Shown: positions 18,901 to 28,180, counted from the stretch's first letter. The stretch is 64,000 nt of DNA from Rubrobacteraceae bacterium (GCA_036519775.1 DATDKT010000093.1:17-64016); one strand, 5' to 3'. The notes: generated by a model from the sequence alone, not told the origin. Numbers and translations are program-made.

Positions 18901-19992
18901 ATGGAGATCAACTTTGGTACCTCTACGCCGTACACCGTGGGCGTCGAGGAGGAGTTTCAGCTCGTCGATCCCGAAACGTTCGCGCTTGTGCCAGCTATCG
19001 AGGCCGTGCTGAAGGTCCGCGACGCTGTGGGGATTCCCGCCAGCTTCGTGAGCTCCGAGCTTTCCGCATCTTGTTTGGAGGTTCGCTCCCCAGTCTACGG
19101 CACGGTCGCGGAGCTGGCGGAGGAGTTGCCCGTCCTGCGGCGGAGGGTGCGGGATCTCGTTGAGAGGTGCCGGACGCGGCTCGCTGCGGCTGGAACCCAC
19201 CCTTTCAGCGACTCCGCCATGCAGCCGATCACGGAGAAGGAGCGCTATCGCAGGGTGGAGGAGAAGATGGGTTGGACGGCGCGAATGCAGACTATCTACG
19301 GGCTGCACGTCCACGTCGCCGTACCTGACGCTGAGTACGCGATCCGGGCGGTGAACGTGCTCTCGCGTCACGTGCCGCTATTTATCGCGCTGTCGGCTAA
19401 CTCCCCCTTCTGGAGCGGGCAGGACACGCGTCTCTCCTCGACGCGCACAAAGGTCTTCAGCCTCGTCCCACGCTCCGGGCTGCCGCCTCACTTTCGCTTC
19501 TGGAAGGACTTCGAGGGTTACGTAGATACCCTGGTCGCATCCGGAGGCATCCCGGACTACTCCTGGTGCTGGTGGGACGCTCGGCCTCACCCAAAGCTAG
19601 GCACCGTCGAGCTTCGTGCAACAGACGCCCAGACGGACGCCACCCGCACCGCCTCATTAGCCGCCCTTGCCCAGTGTCTCGTCGCTACTGCCGACCACCA
19701 CTGTCCCGAAGACCCGCTACTCACCGAGGAGAACAAGTGGCGCGCTACCCGCCACGGTCTCGAAGCCCGGCTCCACGACTTCTCCGCCGACCGGAGCGTC
19801 ACCGCTCGCGAGGTGGTCCGAAATCTCGTAGAGGCGCTACGACCCATCTCTCACGACCTCGGATGCGAGGCCCAGCTCGAAGGCGTGTTGGAGATTGTGG
19901 AGGGTGGAAACGGTGCCGACAAACAGCGAGCCGTCCTCAAGGAGCACGGCTCGCTTCAGGAGGTTGCCGCGTACCTGGCCGCGACCGGCTAA
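18901..19992 (+). CDS. carboxylate-amine ligase, YbdK / glutamate-cysteine ligase family 2
   Basis: 363 aa. The N-terminus FGTSTPYTVGVEEEFQLVD, GTHPF, HVHV and SANSPFW are typical of the GCS2 family. Confidence 0.85.
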   Translation: MEINFGTSTPYTVGVEEEFQLVDPETFALVPAIEAVLKVRDAVGIPASFVSSELSASCLEVRSPVYGTVAELAEELPVLRRRVRDLVERCRTRLAAAGTHPFSDSAMQPITEKERYRRVEEKMGWTARMQTIYGLHVHVAVPDAEYAIRAVNVLSRHVPLFIALSANSPFWSGQDTRLSSTRTKVFSLVPRSGLPPHFRFWKDFEGYVDTLVASGGIPDYSWCWWDARPHPKLGTVELRATDAQTDATRTASLAALAQCLVATADHHCPEDPLLTEENKWRATRHGLEARLHDFSADRSVTAREVVRNLVEALRPISHDLGCEAQLEGVLEIVEGGNGADKQRAVLKEHGSLQEVAAYLAATG

Positions 19993-19999
19993 TGCCGAG

Positions 20000-21364
20000 C
20001 TACTGCTCTCTCTGAATCCACCGTCCGCTGGCAGGGACTCCGCAGTTCTCTGCTACCGACTCGGCGGCCACTCTGCCGAAGACAAGGGCCGCGGCGAGGC
20101 CGCTCGTATACCCCCCGACCGACACCCCGCCTACCTCGACCCCGGCGGCGTAGAGTCCAGGAAGCGGTCGAGCGTCGGTCCCTCGCAGCACCCGGCAACC
20201 CTCGTCCACTGCAAGACCGCCTATGGTGTGGGTTATGGTCGGTGCGACTTCTACAGCCACGAACGGGGGAACCCGTACGGGTGTAGCGGGATCGCTCCTC
20301 GGGGGGGAGAGGTCACCACCCCTTCCAGCAGCGACGGCGGTGTTGTACTCGCTCAGCGCTCGGAGCACGTTCGTCCGGGGTACGCCCCGCTCCGCGAGCC
20401 TGTGTGCCAACCCTTCCAAACTCTCGGACTGTAGAACGGTTCCCCCGACACGTTGGGCCGTTTCGACCATCTCTTCCACAGTCCGGTCCCGGACGCGTCC
20501 ACGCAGGCCCGTAGCGTCTAGGAGGTACCATGCTCGAAGACTCGGCTGGCGGACGGTGGCCCAGGTCAGCGACGTCTCCGACCAGTCAGCAGCCTCGTCG
20601 GCGTAGCGCTCACCGTTGCCGTTGATCGCCACGGCGTAGCGGCCGTAGAGCTGAGAGACCTCGACGAACTCCTCTGGAGTGAAGCTTGCGGGGGGAGCAG
20701 GCAGGTTACGACCGTAGAACTCGTCGAGGCCTGCGCTCGCGAGCGCCCCTGCCTCTAGGGCCGCTAAGAAGCCGTCTCCGGTGCTCCAGGGGTGTGCCCG
20801 CAGCCGCATCCTTCCCGGCCCCCGGATAATGTAGTGTTCCACTAGGTCCGGGTTTCCCGCGAATCCACCGGTCGCTAGGATCACGGCGTCTGCGCTCTCC
20901 GGTCGCTTCTCGCCTGAGGCCACCCGTACCGCCCGTACCCCGCCTATACGCCCTTGGGGGCCTTCTACCAGACCATCTAGCGCCGCGCCCATGAGTATGC
21001 GTCCGCCGGAGATGGTGAGGCGGTATGCGAGCGTTGTAACCGTCTGCTCTGGATTGAACCGGGCGCCGAAGGTGAGTGGGTTGCCTGTCTCTCGTGTGAG
21101 GGCGGGTATGCCGAGACCCTCCAGCCACTCCAGACAAGCCTCTATTCGCTCCAGGACGAGCTTTTGCAGGGCGGCGTCGCCGCTAGGGGCCTCACGGCGA
21201 AATGTCCGTAGGTCTTTGTAGGACCAGATGTAGCCGCTGGAGTAGATGAAGGAGCCGCCGGGATGGTCGCCCTTCTCCAGGAGGGTGACTCTGGCGCCGA
21301 GCTCGACGGCCCGGAGGGCGGCTGTCAGCCCGGCAAGTCCGCCGCCAGCGACGATGATGTGCAC
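20000..21364 (-). CDS. FAD-dependent oxidoreductase (fumarate-reductase/succinate-dehydrogenase flavoprotein-like fold)
   Basis: 454 aa with an N-terminal Rossmann motif IIVAGGGLAGLTAALRAVELGARVTLLEKG and the C-terminal FAD motif GLYAAGVEVGG. The GTG start lies 10 nt after the upstream VOC gene stop. Confidence 0.8.
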   Translation of the reverse strand: MHIIVAGGGLAGLTAALRAVELGARVTLLEKGDHPGGSFIYSSGYIWSYKDLRTFRREAPSGDAALQKLVLERIEACLEWLEGLGIPALTRETGNPLTFGARFNPEQTVTTLAYRLTISGGRILMGAALDGLVEGPQGRIGGVRAVRVASGEKRPESADAVILATGGFAGNPDLVEHYIIRGPGRMRLRAHPWSTGDGFLAALEAGALASAGLDEFYGRNLPAPPASFTPEEFVEVSQLYGRYAVAINGNGERYADEAADWSETSLTWATVRQPSLRAWYLLDATGLRGRVRDRTVEEMVETAQRVGGTVLQSESLEGLAHRLAERGVPRTNVLRALSEYNTAVAAGRGGDLSPPRSDPATPVRVPPFVAVEVAPTITHTIGGLAVDEGCRVLRGTDARPLPGLYAAGVEVGGVSVGGYTSGLAAALVFGRVAAESVAENCGVPASGRWIQREQ

Positions 21365-21374
21365 GACCGCGGCC

Positions 21375-22082
21375 CTAGGTCAGCGAGAAGTTGGGCTTAT
21401 GCTCCACGTACTCTACGCTCACGTCCTCGGGGCCACGGACGAAGACCGCCAAGGTATTGGGGCCTTCGACGAAGTCCTGGATCTCGAACCCCTGCTCCTC
21501 GGCCCCCTTACGGTGATCCTCCGCGGATCCAACGAGGCAGCCGAGGTGGTACAGCATCTCCTGTGCCTCTTTGTTCAGGGTGGAGGGGATGAGGTGCAGC
21601 CGATACTCTCCGGCCTTTACGATCGTATCATCCTCTCCCGGCGCGAAGCCCATCCTCACGAAGTCGTGTGCAGATTTCTCTGGGTCGTTGGAGCGCAGGA
21701 CGAGTCCTTCGAGGTCGTAGTCTGCAAATTCTCCCTCTCCGGGAACCAGCGCGAACGGGAGTCCTTCCGGTCCGGTGAAGAGATATCCGTCTTCCCATGA
21801 TTCGACCTTAGCTTCTCGCGGAGCTTCTCGCGGAAGTTGAGACGCGGCGGACTCTGGGTCCGCGACACGGACGTTTATTCGTTCTATGGCTGCCGGAGAG
21901 GGCTTAGTACCCTCCGGGGCGTCGAAGAGGGTCAGTTTGCCGATTCTGCCACCGGCCCCTACGAGGGTGTAGCGGTCGGTGCGGTCGATGATGTGGAAGC
22001 CGAGGTGCGAGGTCAAGAACCCGGCCGCGGAGTCTCTGTCGCTCATGTAGAGGGCTATGTGATCCAGCTTCTGTATCTTCAT
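21375..22082 (-). CDS. two-domain VOC-family protein (glyoxalase/dioxygenase-like)
   Basis: The ORF opens at 22106. I prefer the ATG at 22082 (MKIQKLDHIALYMSD), which is preceded by the SD gaaggaagg. Confidence 0.75.
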   Translation of the reverse strand: MKIQKLDHIALYMSDRDSAAGFLTSHLGFHIIDRTDRYTLVGAGGRIGKLTLFDAPEGTKPSPAAIERINVRVADPESAASQLPREAPREAKVESWEDGYLFTGPEGLPFALVPGEGEFADYDLEGLVLRSNDPEKSAHDFVRMGFAPGEDDTIVKAGEYRLHLIPSTLNKEAQEMLYHLGCLVGSAEDHRKGAEEQGFEIQDFVEGPNTLAVFVRGPEDVSVEYVEHKPNFSLT

Positions 22083-22274
22083 GTGCCTTCCTTCAGGGAT
22101 GACCAACTCGCGTGGAAGATACCACGCGCCCCGCCCTTGCGCGGCTGAAGCCTCTACGCCGCCTCCGGAAAGCTTGTCGCCGCAGAAGGAGTACCCTTGC
22201 TACGATCCTGCCCTCTTCCGCGGCGTTGAAAGCCACTAGAGCCCCAGGGGCACGGCTTCGCGCTCCGACGGCGC

Positions 22275-24074
22275 TTAGGACTCCTTGCGAGGCGGGAGGG
22301 CGGGTTTGATGTGCAGCTCTTTGAGTTGCTCTTCGGTGACGGGGGAGGGGGCGTCCATCATCTCGTCGCGGGCGGCCTGGGTCTTGGGGAAGGCCATCAC
22401 CTCCCGGATGTTCGGTTCGTCCCTTAGCAGCATGATCAGACGGTCCACCCCGGGTGCTATGCCCCCGTGAGGCGGCGCCCCGTAGCGGAACGCTTCGAGC
22501 ATCGCGCCGAACCTCCTTTCGGCCTCCTCCGGCGGGATGTTCACTATCGAGAAGATCTTCTGCTGCAGCTCGGGGCGGTGGATCCTGATGCTCCCCGACG
22601 CAAGCTCCGTCCCATTAGCCACGAGGTCGTAGAGCTGGCCTATGACCCGCAAAGGGTCTGTGTCCAGCAGCGCCAGATCCTCCTCGCGCGGCATGGTGAA
22701 CATGTGGTGCATGGGCTCTATGCGCTCTTCATCTGCGTTCCACTCGAAGAGCGGGAAGTCCGTCACCCAGCACAGGGCGATCACACCGTCCTCGGCGAGC
22801 TCCAAAGCCTCCCTCATGTGGAGCCTCAGCCGGTTCAGGCTCTCGAAGACGACCGGGTCCTTATCCGCGACGAAGAACATGTAATCGTCCTCCCGCGCCC
22901 CGAGCGCCTCCTTCAATCCTTCCCCCTCATCGGCGGAGAAGAACTTAGTGATCGGGCCCGATAGCTCGTCCGCGCCGACCTTAAGGTAGGCGAGGCCGCG
23001 CGCCCCGCCGGCGGAGGCCACGGCGGTCAGCTCGTCTATCTCCCGCCGGGTTAGGTCCCCCAATCCCCCCACGCAGATGCCGCGCACAGATCCCCCGGAC
23101 TCTACCGCTCCCCGAAAGACCCTGAAGTCGCTCTCCTGGACGATCTCCGAGACGTCTTTTAGCTCCAGCCCGAAGCGGATGTCGGGCTTGTCGGTCCCGA
23201 AGCGGTCCATCGCCTCCCCGTAGGTTAGGCGGGGGAGGGGTTTCTGGAGCAACTTCTTTCCAGTGAAGCTCTCAACTATCTCGACGTAGAGGTCCTCGAC
23301 GAGGCCGAGGACCTCGTCCTGGGTCGTATAGCTCATCTCCAGGTCGAGCTGGGTGTGCTCGGGTTGCCGGTCGCCCCGCCCGTCCTCGTCGCGCAGAGCG
23401 CGTGCGATCTGGAAGTACCGCTCAAATCCAGCGACCATGAGGAGCTGCTTGAACTGCTGCGGTGACTGCGGCAGAGCGTAGAACTCGCCCGGGTAGAGCC
23501 GGCTGGGCACCAGGTAATCGCGGGCTCCCTCGGGTGTGGAGGCGGTCAGGAGCGGTGTCTCGATCTCCACGAAGCCGCGCTCAGAGAGGTAGTTGCGCAT
23601 GTGCTTTACCACCTGGTGGCGGAAGATAATATTCTCCTGCATCCTCCGGCGCCGGAGGTCCAGGTAGCGGTACCGTAGCCTGAGAAGCTCGTCCACGGGC
23701 CTCTCGCGGTCGATCTCGAACGGGGGCGTGGCGCTCGCATTGAGGGTCTGGAGCGTCGTCGCGGAAACCTCTATCTCCCCGGTCGGAAGCTCCGGGTTCT
23801 CGTTTCCGTAGGGCCTCCTGACGACCTCTCCCTCGACTGAGATGCTCCATTCCGACCTCAGGCTCTCGGCCGCCGCGAAGAGCTCAGCCGACTCGGGATC
23901 GAAGGTGACCTGCGTCGTCCCCCAGCGGTCCCTTACGTCTATGAAGATGAGCCCTCCGTGATCCCGACGCCGGTTGACCCAGCCCGCAAGCCTCACGTGC
24001 TCGCCGACGTTCTTCGCTCGCAGCTCACCTGCGGTATGCGTCCTGTAGGGGTTCCCAGAATATTCCTGGTGCAA
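22275..24074 (-). CDS. aspS: aspartate--tRNA ligase
   Basis: Class-IIb AspRS similarity from YRTHTAGELR onward, with FYALPQSPQQFKQ and GGIAPGVDR. I chose the TTG start at 24074, preceded by ggaggg with 7-nt spacing. The 57 further upstream codons of the ORF look non-coding. Confidence 0.95.
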   Translation of the reverse strand: MHQEYSGNPYRTHTAGELRAKNVGEHVRLAGWVNRRRDHGGLIFIDVRDRWGTTQVTFDPESAELFAAAESLRSEWSISVEGEVVRRPYGNENPELPTGEIEVSATTLQTLNASATPPFEIDRERPVDELLRLRYRYLDLRRRRMQENIIFRHQVVKHMRNYLSERGFVEIETPLLTASTPEGARDYLVPSRLYPGEFYALPQSPQQFKQLLMVAGFERYFQIARALRDEDGRGDRQPEHTQLDLEMSYTTQDEVLGLVEDLYVEIVESFTGKKLLQKPLPRLTYGEAMDRFGTDKPDIRFGLELKDVSEIVQESDFRVFRGAVESGGSVRGICVGGLGDLTRREIDELTAVASAGGARGLAYLKVGADELSGPITKFFSADEGEGLKEALGAREDDYMFFVADKDPVVFESLNRLRLHMREALELAEDGVIALCWVTDFPLFEWNADEERIEPMHHMFTMPREEDLALLDTDPLRVIGQLYDLVANGTELASGSIRIHRPELQQKIFSIVNIPPEEAERRFGAMLEAFRYGAPPHGGIAPGVDRLIMLLRDEPNIREVMAFPKTQAARDEMMDAPSPVTEEQLKELHIKPALPPRKES

Positions 24075-24212
24075 AGGTCTCCCTCCGTAGTTCCAAAGCT
24101 CTTGTGGTATGTTCGAAGGCACGAGCAAGTATAAGTTAGACTTGACGTGCAAACCACGAACCCTACCGCTAACCCCCGTTTGAAAAGCGCGCGAAAGCGT
24201 TTGAACGGCTCG

Positions 24213-24241
24213 TTGCACCCGTTTCATCGCCATGATAAGTT
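24213..24241 (+). promoter_or_regulatory. candidate sigma-70-type promoter for the lipoprotein gene
   Basis: TTGCAC (24213-24218), 17-nt spacer containing TG at 24233-24234, then TAAGTT (24236-24241). Confidence 0.45.
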
Positions 24242-24269
24242 GCAACGGGCTGTGCCCGAAGCGTAAGCT

Positions 24270-25403
24270 GTGCCTGAATCACGTTTGTCGAAAGCCCGCC
24301 GGCGGGCGTCAAGGACAGGAGAGAATGGTATCGGAGGGAACGGTTTAGGGCATTTGGTCTGGAGCCCTAGATCGCTCCCCGCGCTCCTGCTGCTGACGGC
24401 TCTCCTCCTCTTGGCGGGCTGTGGTGGTGGGGAGGAGAAAGCTCAGCAACCTTCACCACCGGACCCCCCACAGGACGGCGCTCCGACGGATGATGCGAAG
24501 GGCGGCGCTCCGAAAGGCGGCGCTCCGAAGGGCGCTGCTCCCGGCGAGAACACCGCCGGGGGGGCGGTCGTGGAGTCCAAGACCGACGCCGAGGCTCTGA
24601 AAGATACGCCGTTCGAACTCAACCAGCGGCTGGCGGTCCCACCGGACGTTAGGGCGGCCTACCAACGCAGGGCCCTCATGGTGGTCGAGTTCATCAAGGT
24701 GGACCCGGATTCTACCCGGGGGGTCGAGTACCCGCAGGGCATAAGGCCCGACGAGCAGGTCGATAGGGCCTTGGACGATTTGCGCGGCGACTACCCCCAG
24801 ATCGAGTTCTTTACCTACGACATCGGACGCCCCGGTGACGCGGAGACCAGCGAGGAACTAGATCGAGGCGAGTACGGTACGCTCGCCACGCAGTTGGACA
24901 TCGGCTACACGCCGTTCGTGGCAATGCTCGCGCCGCGCGGCGAGGGGTACATCATCGAGAACCTGTTTCAGGGGTACGTCGAGCGGGGCGTCCTGGACCA
25001 GGCGCTCTTCGATCTTGCGGCCTCGCATGTCGGGGGCAACTCGAGCGACGTCGAGGTGCTCCTCGACCGGGTCGAGCTCACCGAGAGCGGGGGCGCCGTA
25101 GAGTACATCACGGTGATCAACGAAGGCGATGCGGAGGCTGACCTGTCGGGCTTCACCTTGCAGGTGCAAGACCCCGAGACCGGCGACACCAGCGACTCCG
25201 GCGGCAGGGTAGAGATCGACGCGAACGTGAGGCTGGACCCCGGAGAGCAAGGCTCGGTAGGTCGCCAGCCACAGGTCACGGACGCCGATGGGAGAGAGGT
25301 GATCGGCACCTTCTTCAACGGCGAGTCGCTCACGCTCAGGGCTGGAGATCAGGTAGCGCTCCTCGATAACGGCGGCGCGGTCGTCGACACCATCACTATC
25401 TAG
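24270..25403 (+). CDS. putative lipoprotein with a low-complexity linker and a lamin-tail-like C-terminal domain
   Basis: Lipobox LLLLAGC after a hydrophobic stretch, followed by a (K-G-G-A-P)x3 linker. The C-terminus (ITVINEGDAEADLSGFTLQV...) resembles LTD domains. The exact start is uncertain. Confidence 0.6.
   Translation: MPESRLSKARRRASRTGENGIGGNGLGHLVWSPRSLPALLLLTALLLLAGCGGGEEKAQQPSPPDPPQDGAPTDDAKGGAPKGGAPKGAAPGENTAGGAVVESKTDAEALKDTPFELNQRLAVPPDVRAAYQRRALMVVEFIKVDPDSTRGVEYPQGIRPDEQVDRALDDLRGDYPQIEFFTYDIGRPGDAETSEELDRGEYGTLATQLDIGYTPFVAMLAPRGEGYIIENLFQGYVERGVLDQALFDLAASHVGGNSSDVEVLLDRVELTESGGAVEYITVINEGDAEADLSGFTLQVQDPETGDTSDSGGRVEIDANVRLDPGEQGSVGRQPQVTDADGREVIGTFFNGESLTLRAGDQVALLDNGGAVVDTITI
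24498..24542 (+). repeat. 3 x 15-bp imperfect in-frame tandem repeat (encodes KGGAP-KGGAP-KGAAP)
   Basis: aagggcggcgctccg / aaaggcggcgctccg / aagggcgctgctccc, read directly from the sequence. Confidence 0.8.
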
Positions 25404-25437
25404 AAAACGCGACCCGGTGCGTTAAACTAGGGTCACC

Positions 25438-26622
25438 ATGTCAGCTAGCCTCGTTTACCTGGATAATGCCGCAACAACTCCTCTGGAGGAGCGGGTTCTA
25501 GAAGCCATGCTGCCGTACCTGCGCGGAGGAGCCCCGAACGGGCTGCCGCGCGGCAACCCATCTTCCCTGCACGCCTCGGGAGCCGCCGCCCGCCAGGCCG
25601 TCGAGGAGGCTCGTGCCTCCGTGGCCCGGCTCGTAGGAGCGTCTCCTAGGGAGATACTCTTCACTTCCGGCGGCACGGAGTCGGACAACCTGGCGGTCTT
25701 GGGGCTGGCTGCGGCCAGCCCGGAGAAGAGGCACGTGGTGATCTCCGCGGTAGAGCACCCCGCCGTCCGCGGAGCTGCCGCGCACCTGGAGGTCGCGGGT
25801 TACGAGGTGACGAAACTAGGGGTGGACGCGAACGGGCTCGTCGACCCGGACGAGCTCGCTAAGGCGCTGCGGCCCGACACGGCTCTGGCCGCCGTGATGT
25901 GGGCCAACAACGAGGTCGGTGTCGTGCAGCCCGTCGAAGAGCTTGCCGATATTTGCTGCGAGGCGGGGGTGCCGTTCCACGTAGACGCGGTGCAGGCCGC
26001 CGGGCGCCTGGGCATAGACGTCTCCCGGGTGTCCGTCTCCGCGCTCGCTCTCTCGGCCCACAAACTTTACGGTTCGCAGGGCGTCGGCGCTCTGTATGTG
26101 CGCGAGGGCGTCTCGCTCCTCCCACTTCTCTTCGGCGGCGGCCAGGAGAAGGGCTTGAGGAGCGGCACCGAGAACGTTGCCGGGATCGTTGGCCTCGGCG
26201 AGGCGGCCCGGCTCGCCTCCGAGAAGCTAGGTGAGCGAGCGCGCCACGAAGAGGCGCTACGGGATGCTCTGCTCTCGGGCTTGACTAACATCTCCGGCGT
26301 GCGCCTCAACGGGCACCGCGAAAAGCGACTCTCCAACAACGCGCACCTCTCCGTCGAGGGTGTCGAGGCCGAGGGTCTCGTGCTCTTTTTGGACGCCCTC
26401 GGATACGCCGTCGGCAGCGGCTCGGCTTGCGCTTCCAGCACCGCCGGCCACAAAGCCTCGCCGGTCCTGCTCGCGATGGGCCGCGACGAGAAGGAAGCTA
26501 TGGGCGCCATCAGAATAACCGTTGGCAAAGACAATACGGTAGAGGAGATCGAGGGCTTTATAGAAGCATTCTCCGCCGCCGTCTCGCAACTGCGCGAACT
26601 CTCCCCCCTGTACACGAGTTGA
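25438..26622 (+). CDS. iscS: cysteine desulfurase (NifS/IscS-like, PLP-dependent)
   Basis: 394 aa with the PLP-lysine motif SAHKLYG and the active-site loop GSGSACAS. NifS/IscS similarity spans the whole length. Confidence 0.9.
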   Translation: MSASLVYLDNAATTPLEERVLEAMLPYLRGGAPNGLPRGNPSSLHASGAAARQAVEEARASVARLVGASPREILFTSGGTESDNLAVLGLAAASPEKRHVVISAVEHPAVRGAAAHLEVAGYEVTKLGVDANGLVDPDELAKALRPDTALAAVMWANNEVGVVQPVEELADICCEAGVPFHVDAVQAAGRLGIDVSRVSVSALALSAHKLYGSQGVGALYVREGVSLLPLLFGGGQEKGLRSGTENVAGIVGLGEAARLASEKLGERARHEEALRDALLSGLTNISGVRLNGHREKRLSNNAHLSVEGVEAEGLVLFLDALGYAVGSGSACASSTAGHKASPVLLAMGRDEKEAMGAIRITVGKDNTVEEIEGFIEAFSAAVSQLRELSPLYTS

Positions 26623-26642
26623 ATGCTGACGGCTGAGAGCTG

Positions 26643-28109
26643 ATGGCTAACTACAACCCACACGTAATAGACCACCTGGTAAGGCCCCGCAATGTCGGCG
26701 AGCTGGAGGCGCCGAGCGGCGTCGGGGAGTCGGGGGACGCCGCGTGCGGCGATGTCGCCCGTTTCACCCTCCGGATCGAGAAAAACCGCCTCACAGAGGT
26801 CCGCTACAAAGTCTACGGCTGTGCCGCTTGCATCGCTGCAGGCTCGGCGCTCTCGGAGCTCGTACACGGCTTATCCTTGCTCAAGGCCGCGCGGGTGTCC
26901 AAGGCGGACCTGGAGAATTCTTTGGGCGGGCCTCTACCCGCGGGCAAGGAGCACGCGCTCACGCTCGTGCTGGATGCCCTGCATAAAGCCCTCGAAGAAC
27001 ACTGGAACCGGGTGGGCGGGGCCATGCTCGTCGAGGGTTACAGCGGGTCCAGGGCGAACGGTGGCAGGAGTGTCGTAGCGGCGATGAGCGGCGGCGTGGA
27101 TTCGGCGGTCACCGCGCTCCTCTTAAAGGAGGCCGGGTACGACGTTGCGACCGTCACCTTCAGGCTCCACGACGGTGAGAAGGGAAGCCGCTCGTGCTGC
27201 TCGCCGGACACCGTGCTCTTCGCTCGCGACACGGCTCACAGGATGAGCCTGCCGCACTTCACGCTAGACCTTAAGGAGCTCTTCAATCGGCGCGTCACGC
27301 AGGACTTCGTGGGCTCTTACGCCGCGGGCCGCACGCCGAACCCCTGCGTCGCGTGCAACGCCCACGTCAAGTTCCACGCCGCCTCCTTCCTCGCAGATAG
27401 ACTCGGGTTTCGCCACGTCGCGACCGGCCACTACGCCCGCATCGTCGAGGAGTCCGGAGAGGTAACGATGGCCCGGCCTGTAGACGCCGGTAAAGACCAG
27501 ACGTACGTCCTCTGGCCCGTGCCGAAGGGTTTGCTTTCGCGCACGATCTTCCCCCTGGGCGAGTATCGTAAGGAGGAAGTGCGGCGTATCGCCCAGGAGA
27601 GGGATCTCGCGGTCGCCTACACTCCCGAGAGCCAGGACATCTGCTTCATCCCCGACGGGAACTACCGGGACTTTATCCGCAAGAAGGTCGCCGCGGAGCC
27701 CGGCGAGATCTTGGACAAAGAAGGACACACCCTCGGCCGGCACGCGGGGGTGGTGGACTTCACCGTCGGGCAGCGGCGTGGGATCGGGGTCTCTGCGTCC
27801 ACGCCGCTCTACGTAACCGAGGTCCGTCCGCGGACGAAGCAGGTCGTGGTGGGGCGTCGTGAGGATCTGGAGGTACGCGAGGTTCTTGTCGGGGGTCTCA
27901 ACTGGTTTCTCGACCCTTCGGAGGCCGAGACGGTACAGGTCCGCTACAACGGCTCCCCGGTTCCGTGCGAGCTCGAGGACGCGGGCGACGGCGAGGTCCG
28001 GGCACTCCTCTCGGAGCCCGTCGTGGGCGTAGCGCCCGGGCAGTCGGCGGTCTTCTACAAAGGAGATAGAGTAATCGGTGGTGGGGTGGTGCGCCGGGAC
28101 ACAGTGTAA
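26643..28109 (+). CDS. mnmA: fusion protein: N-terminal IscU/NifU-like domain + tRNA 2-thiouridine(34) synthase MnmA
   Basis: Residues 1-125 align to IscU (VIDHLVRPRNVG, AACGD, YGCAAC). From about residue 140 it is a complete MnmA (PP-loop AAMSGGVDSAV, NPCVACN, SQDICF). It is a single ORF with no internal stop. Confidence 0.9.
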   Translation: MANYNPHVIDHLVRPRNVGELEAPSGVGESGDAACGDVARFTLRIEKNRLTEVRYKVYGCAACIAAGSALSELVHGLSLLKAARVSKADLENSLGGPLPAGKEHALTLVLDALHKALEEHWNRVGGAMLVEGYSGSRANGGRSVVAAMSGGVDSAVTALLLKEAGYDVATVTFRLHDGEKGSRSCCSPDTVLFARDTAHRMSLPHFTLDLKELFNRRVTQDFVGSYAAGRTPNPCVACNAHVKFHAASFLADRLGFRHVATGHYARIVEESGEVTMARPVDAGKDQTYVLWPVPKGLLSRTIFPLGEYRKEEVRRIAQERDLAVAYTPESQDICFIPDGNYRDFIRKKVAAEPGEILDKEGHTLGRHAGVVDFTVGQRRGIGVSASTPLYVTEVRPRTKQVVVGRREDLEVREVLVGGLNWFLDPSEAETVQVRYNGSPVPCELEDAGDGEVRALLSEPVVGVAPGQSAVFYKGDRVIGGGVVRRDTV

Positions 28110-28180
28110 TTCGGGCGCGTGCACGCTTGACGGTTGTATAATGGCCGTCCTGCGGGAAGACCTTTGGAGGTATTCAGGAC

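Noticed and set aside
22109-22128. Hairpin cgcgtgg-aagata-ccacgcg between aspS and the downstream VOC gene.
   Set aside because: There is no U-tract on the transcribed (minus) strand, so it is not a clear terminator. It may just be a stabilising or processing hairpin inside an operon.
24075-24245. 57-codon N-terminal extension of the aspS ORF, and the idea of a T-box leader upstream of aspS.
   Set aside because: The extension has no AspRS similarity, whereas TTG 24074 has a well-spaced GGAGG. I found no T-box core (GGUGGUACCGCG-like) or specifier/terminator architecture on the minus strand.
24498-24542. Short tandem repeat considered as a possible CRISPR-like or VNTR element.
   Set aside because: Only three imperfect 15-bp units with no spacers, in frame inside a coding region. 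It is a low-complexity peptide linker.
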